Source of the DNA: Macrostomum lignano
Lineage: Eukaryota
NCBI GenBank assembly: GCA_002269645.1
Contig: NIVC01003894.1
Coordinates: 7,076-71,075 of the forward strand
Reading direction: 5' to 3'
Length of the DNA stretch: 64,000 nucleotides
Below, in pieces: positions 61,401 through 64,000 of the stretch. Numbering within the stretch: position 1 is the stretch's first letter; every line of letters starts with the position of its first letter. The position numbers and the translations under genes were made by a program. Under the pieces are notes generated by a model. It was not told where the DNA came from. It did not search any database and saw nothing but the letters and a program-made list of their open reading frames with translations.

Positions 61401-64000
61401 TGACGCAGGTCCAGGTTCATCTGAAAGGATAGTAGACGCCAGTACTAACACTGAATTCCAGCACGGTGAGGTCGGTTATGGATCGTCTGACGGTAAAATT
61501 GATGCCAGCACAGGCACAGAGTGTCTCCAAGATAAGGTATTGTCGCGTACATCAGAACGGAATATGGATGCTGACACTAGTGCTGAGGTCGAGAATCGTG
61601 CAGCCGAAAAGATTGATAAGAGTTCAAGTGTCGAAATCGGTGTATCTGTGTGCCGAAAGTGCCTAATGAGTATCCAAGAAGACGATGCCATTTTAGTCTC
61701 AGCGGAGGGTAACGTCGATGCCAGCACATCTGCTGCAGTCAGTTATAGCGAAATCGGTCCTGGAACTACTGACGGAAAAGTCGATTCTAGCTCAAGTGCT
61801 GTGATTTTCGAAGCTGACGCAGGTCCAGGTTCATCTGAAAGGAAAGTAGACGCCAGTACTAACACTGAATTCCAGCACGGTGAGGTCGGTTATGGATCGT
61901 CTGACGGTAAAATTGATGCCAGCACAGGCACAGAGTGTCTCCAAGATAATGTATTGTCGCGTGCATCAGAACGGAATCTGGATGCTGACACTAGTGCTGA
62001 GGTCGAGAATCGTGCTGCCGACGCCAGCACAGTTGCTGCAGTCAGTTATAGTGAAATCGGTCCTGGATCTACTGACAGAAAAGTCGATTCTAGCTCAAGT
62101 GCAGTGCTTTTCGAAGCTGACGCAGGTCCAGGTTCATCTGAAAGGAAAGTAGATGCCAGCACTAGCGCTGAAGTTGAGCATAGTGAAATCGGCTCAGGAT
62201 CATGTGCTGGAAAAGTCGATGCGAGCTCGAGTGCGGAGTGTATTCTAATCGACGCCAGTGTAGGCTCAACGGATGACAACGTCGATGCCAGCACAGTTGC
62301 TGCAGTCAGTTATAGCGAAATCAGTTCTGGAACTACTGACGGAAAAGTCGATTCTAGCTCAAGTGCTGTGATTTTCGAAGCTGACGCAGGTCCAGGTTCA
62401 TCTGAAAGGATAGTAGACGCCAGTACTAACACTGAATTCCAGCACGGTGAGGTCGGTTATGGATCGTCTGACGGTAAAATTGATGCCAGCACAAGCACAG
62501 AGTGTCTCCAAGATAATGTATTGTCGCGTACATCAGAACGGAATATGGATGCTGACACTAGTGCTGAGGTCGAGAATCGTGCAGCCGAAAAGATTGATAA
62601 GAGTTCAAGTGTCGAAATCGGTGTATCTGTGTGCCGAAAGTGCCTAATGAGTATCCAAGAAGACGATGCCATTTTAGTCTCAGCGGAGGGTAACGTCGAT
62701 GCCAGCACATCTGCTGCAGTCAGTTATAGCGAAATCGGTCCTGGATCTACTGACAGAAAAGTCGATTCTAGCTCAAGTGCTGTGCTTTTCGAAGCTGACG
62801 CAGGTCCAGTTTCATCTGAAAGGAAAGTAGACGCCAGTACTAACACTGAATTCCAGCACGGTGAGGTCGGTTATGGATCGTCTGACCGTAAAATTGATGC
62901 CAGCACAGGCACAGAGTGTCTCCAAGATAATGTATTGTCGCGTACATCAGAACGGAATCTGGATGCTGACACTAGTGCTGAGGTCGAGAATCGTGCAGCC
63001 GAAAAGATTGATAAGAATTCAGGTGTCGAAATCGTGTATCTGTGTGCCGAAAGTGCCGAGTGAATATCCAAGAAGACGACGCCATTGTAGTCTCAACGGA
63101 TGACAACGTCGATGCCAGCACAGTTACTGCAGTCAGTTATAGCGAAATCAGTTCTGGAACTACTGACGGAAAAGTCGATTCTAGCTCAAGTGCTGTGATT
63201 TTCGAAGCTGACGCAGGTCCAGGTTCATCTGAAAGGATAGTAGACGCCAGTACTAACACTGAATTCCAGCACGGTGAGGTCGGTTATGGATCGTCTGACG
63301 GTAAAATTGATGCCAGCACAGGCACAGAGTGTCTCCAAGATAAGGTATTGTCGCGTACATCAGAACGGAATATGGATGCTGACACTAGTGCTGAGGTCGA
63401 GAATCGTGCAGCCGAAAAGATTGATAAGAGTTCAAGTGTCGAAATCGGTGTATCTGTGTGCCGAAAGTGCCTAATGAGTATCCAAGAAGACGATGCCATT
63501 TTAGTCTCAGCGGAGGGTAACGTCGATGCCAGCACATCTGCTGCAGTCAGTTATAGCGAAATCGGTCCTGGAACTACTGACGGAAAAGTCGATTCTAGCT
63601 CAAGTGCTGTGATTTTCGAAGCTGACGCAGGTCCAGGTTCATCTGAAAGGAAAGTAGACGCCAGTACTAACACTGAATTCCAGCACGGTGAGGTCGGTTT
63701 ATGGATCGTCTGACGGTAAAATTGATGCCAGCACAGGCACAGAGTGTCTCCAAGATAATGTATTGTCGCGTGCATCAGAACGGAATCTGGATGCTGACAC
63801 TAGTGCTGAGGTCGAGAATCGTGCTGCCGACGCCAGCACAGGTTGCTGCAGTCAGTTATAGTGTGAAATCGGTCCTGGATCTACTGACAGAAAGTCGATT
63901 CTAGCTCAAGTGCAGTGCTTTTCGAAGCTGACGCAGGTCCAGGTTCATCTGAAAGGAAAGTAGATGCCAGCACTAGCGCTGAAGTTGAGCATAGTGAAAT
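46432..64000 (+). CDS. Giant coiled-coil and DAST-repeat protein (>5,600 aa, 3'-open); exons 46432-46497, 46672-46773, 46879-46944, 47131-47298, 47384->64000
   Basis: Four small phase-0 exons with GT-AG boundaries join in frame to the 47435 ORF. ORFs at 47435, 50926, (52482)-55077, 56723, 60709 and 63042 are successive -1 frames of one protein. Coiled coils lie at ~47131-47300, ~50990-51660 and ~55700-57050; acidic S/T/A/D-rich repeats lie between them. Confidence 0.85.
52087..55075 (+). repeat. Coding 66-bp (22-aa) repeat DASTSAKLEFADASSGLSKERA x~45
   Basis: The frame is continuous from ~52482 to 56693 at every point checked; the ORF track misses it only because there is no start codon; indels are in frame apart from 52481. 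Confidence 0.95.
57670..64000 (+). repeat. Coding higher-order repeat: 567-bp (189-aa) unit of eight diverged 22-aa monomers plus a 13-aa linker, with rearranged 414-bp variants
   Basis: Shadow ORFs recur at 57843, 58410, 58977, 59544 and 60111 (567-bp period); monomers start DAST/DSSS/DADT; a CRKC-containing insert occurs six times. Confidence 0.95.

Noticed and set aside
50905-63040. Programmed -1 ribosomal frameshifting in the giant gene
   Set aside because: No X XXY YYZ slippery sites, and sister repeat units contain the missing base.
51956-63775. Numerous minus-strand and off-frame ORFs (LASALSLLSPLD..., MRSVMD...)
   Set aside because: Antisense or off-frame shadows of the coding repeats, recurring with the repeat period.
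46432-64000. Identity with known secreted adhesive or mucin-type giant repeat proteins
   Set aside because: No signal peptide and no vWD, TIL, TSP or lectin domains in the window; repeats are acidic and flanked by coiled coils.

Overview
Eukaryotic (animal) genomic DNA: GT-AG introns, GC-rich exons in AT-rich, CpG-poor spacer, many minisatellites, and a short (CCCTAA)n tract. The style resembles the flatworm Macrostomum, but that is inference only. Left to right: (1) the 3' part of a Ty3/gypsy LTR retrotransposon (RT-RNaseH-integrase, extra ORF(s), PPT, 3' LTR; 1-~6018); (2) a shugoshin-like gene (minus, 3 exons); (3) the 26S proteasome ATPase PSMC2/Rpt1 (minus, 3 exons, 434 aa), whose second intron is a 37-bp minisatellite built from its own splice donor; (4) several non-autonomous TIR elements with 8-bp TSDs; (5) an orphan 358-aa protein with an N-terminal hydrophobic segment (plus, 3 exons); (6) a 150-aa disordered ORF rich in short linear motifs; (7) an isolated labial/Hox1 gene (minus, 2 exons) embedded in tandem arrays; (8) a giant gene (plus, 46432 to beyond 64000, more than 5,600 codons) with one exon of at least 16.6 kb, alternating coiled coils with three generations of 11/22-aa 'DAST' repeats that resemble LC8/dynein-light-chain binding motifs. 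Ten -1 frameshifts (five in pol, five in the giant gene) look like consensus errors rather than decay. No rRNA, tRNA or CRISPR features were seen. All homology calls are by motif recognition; no searches were run.
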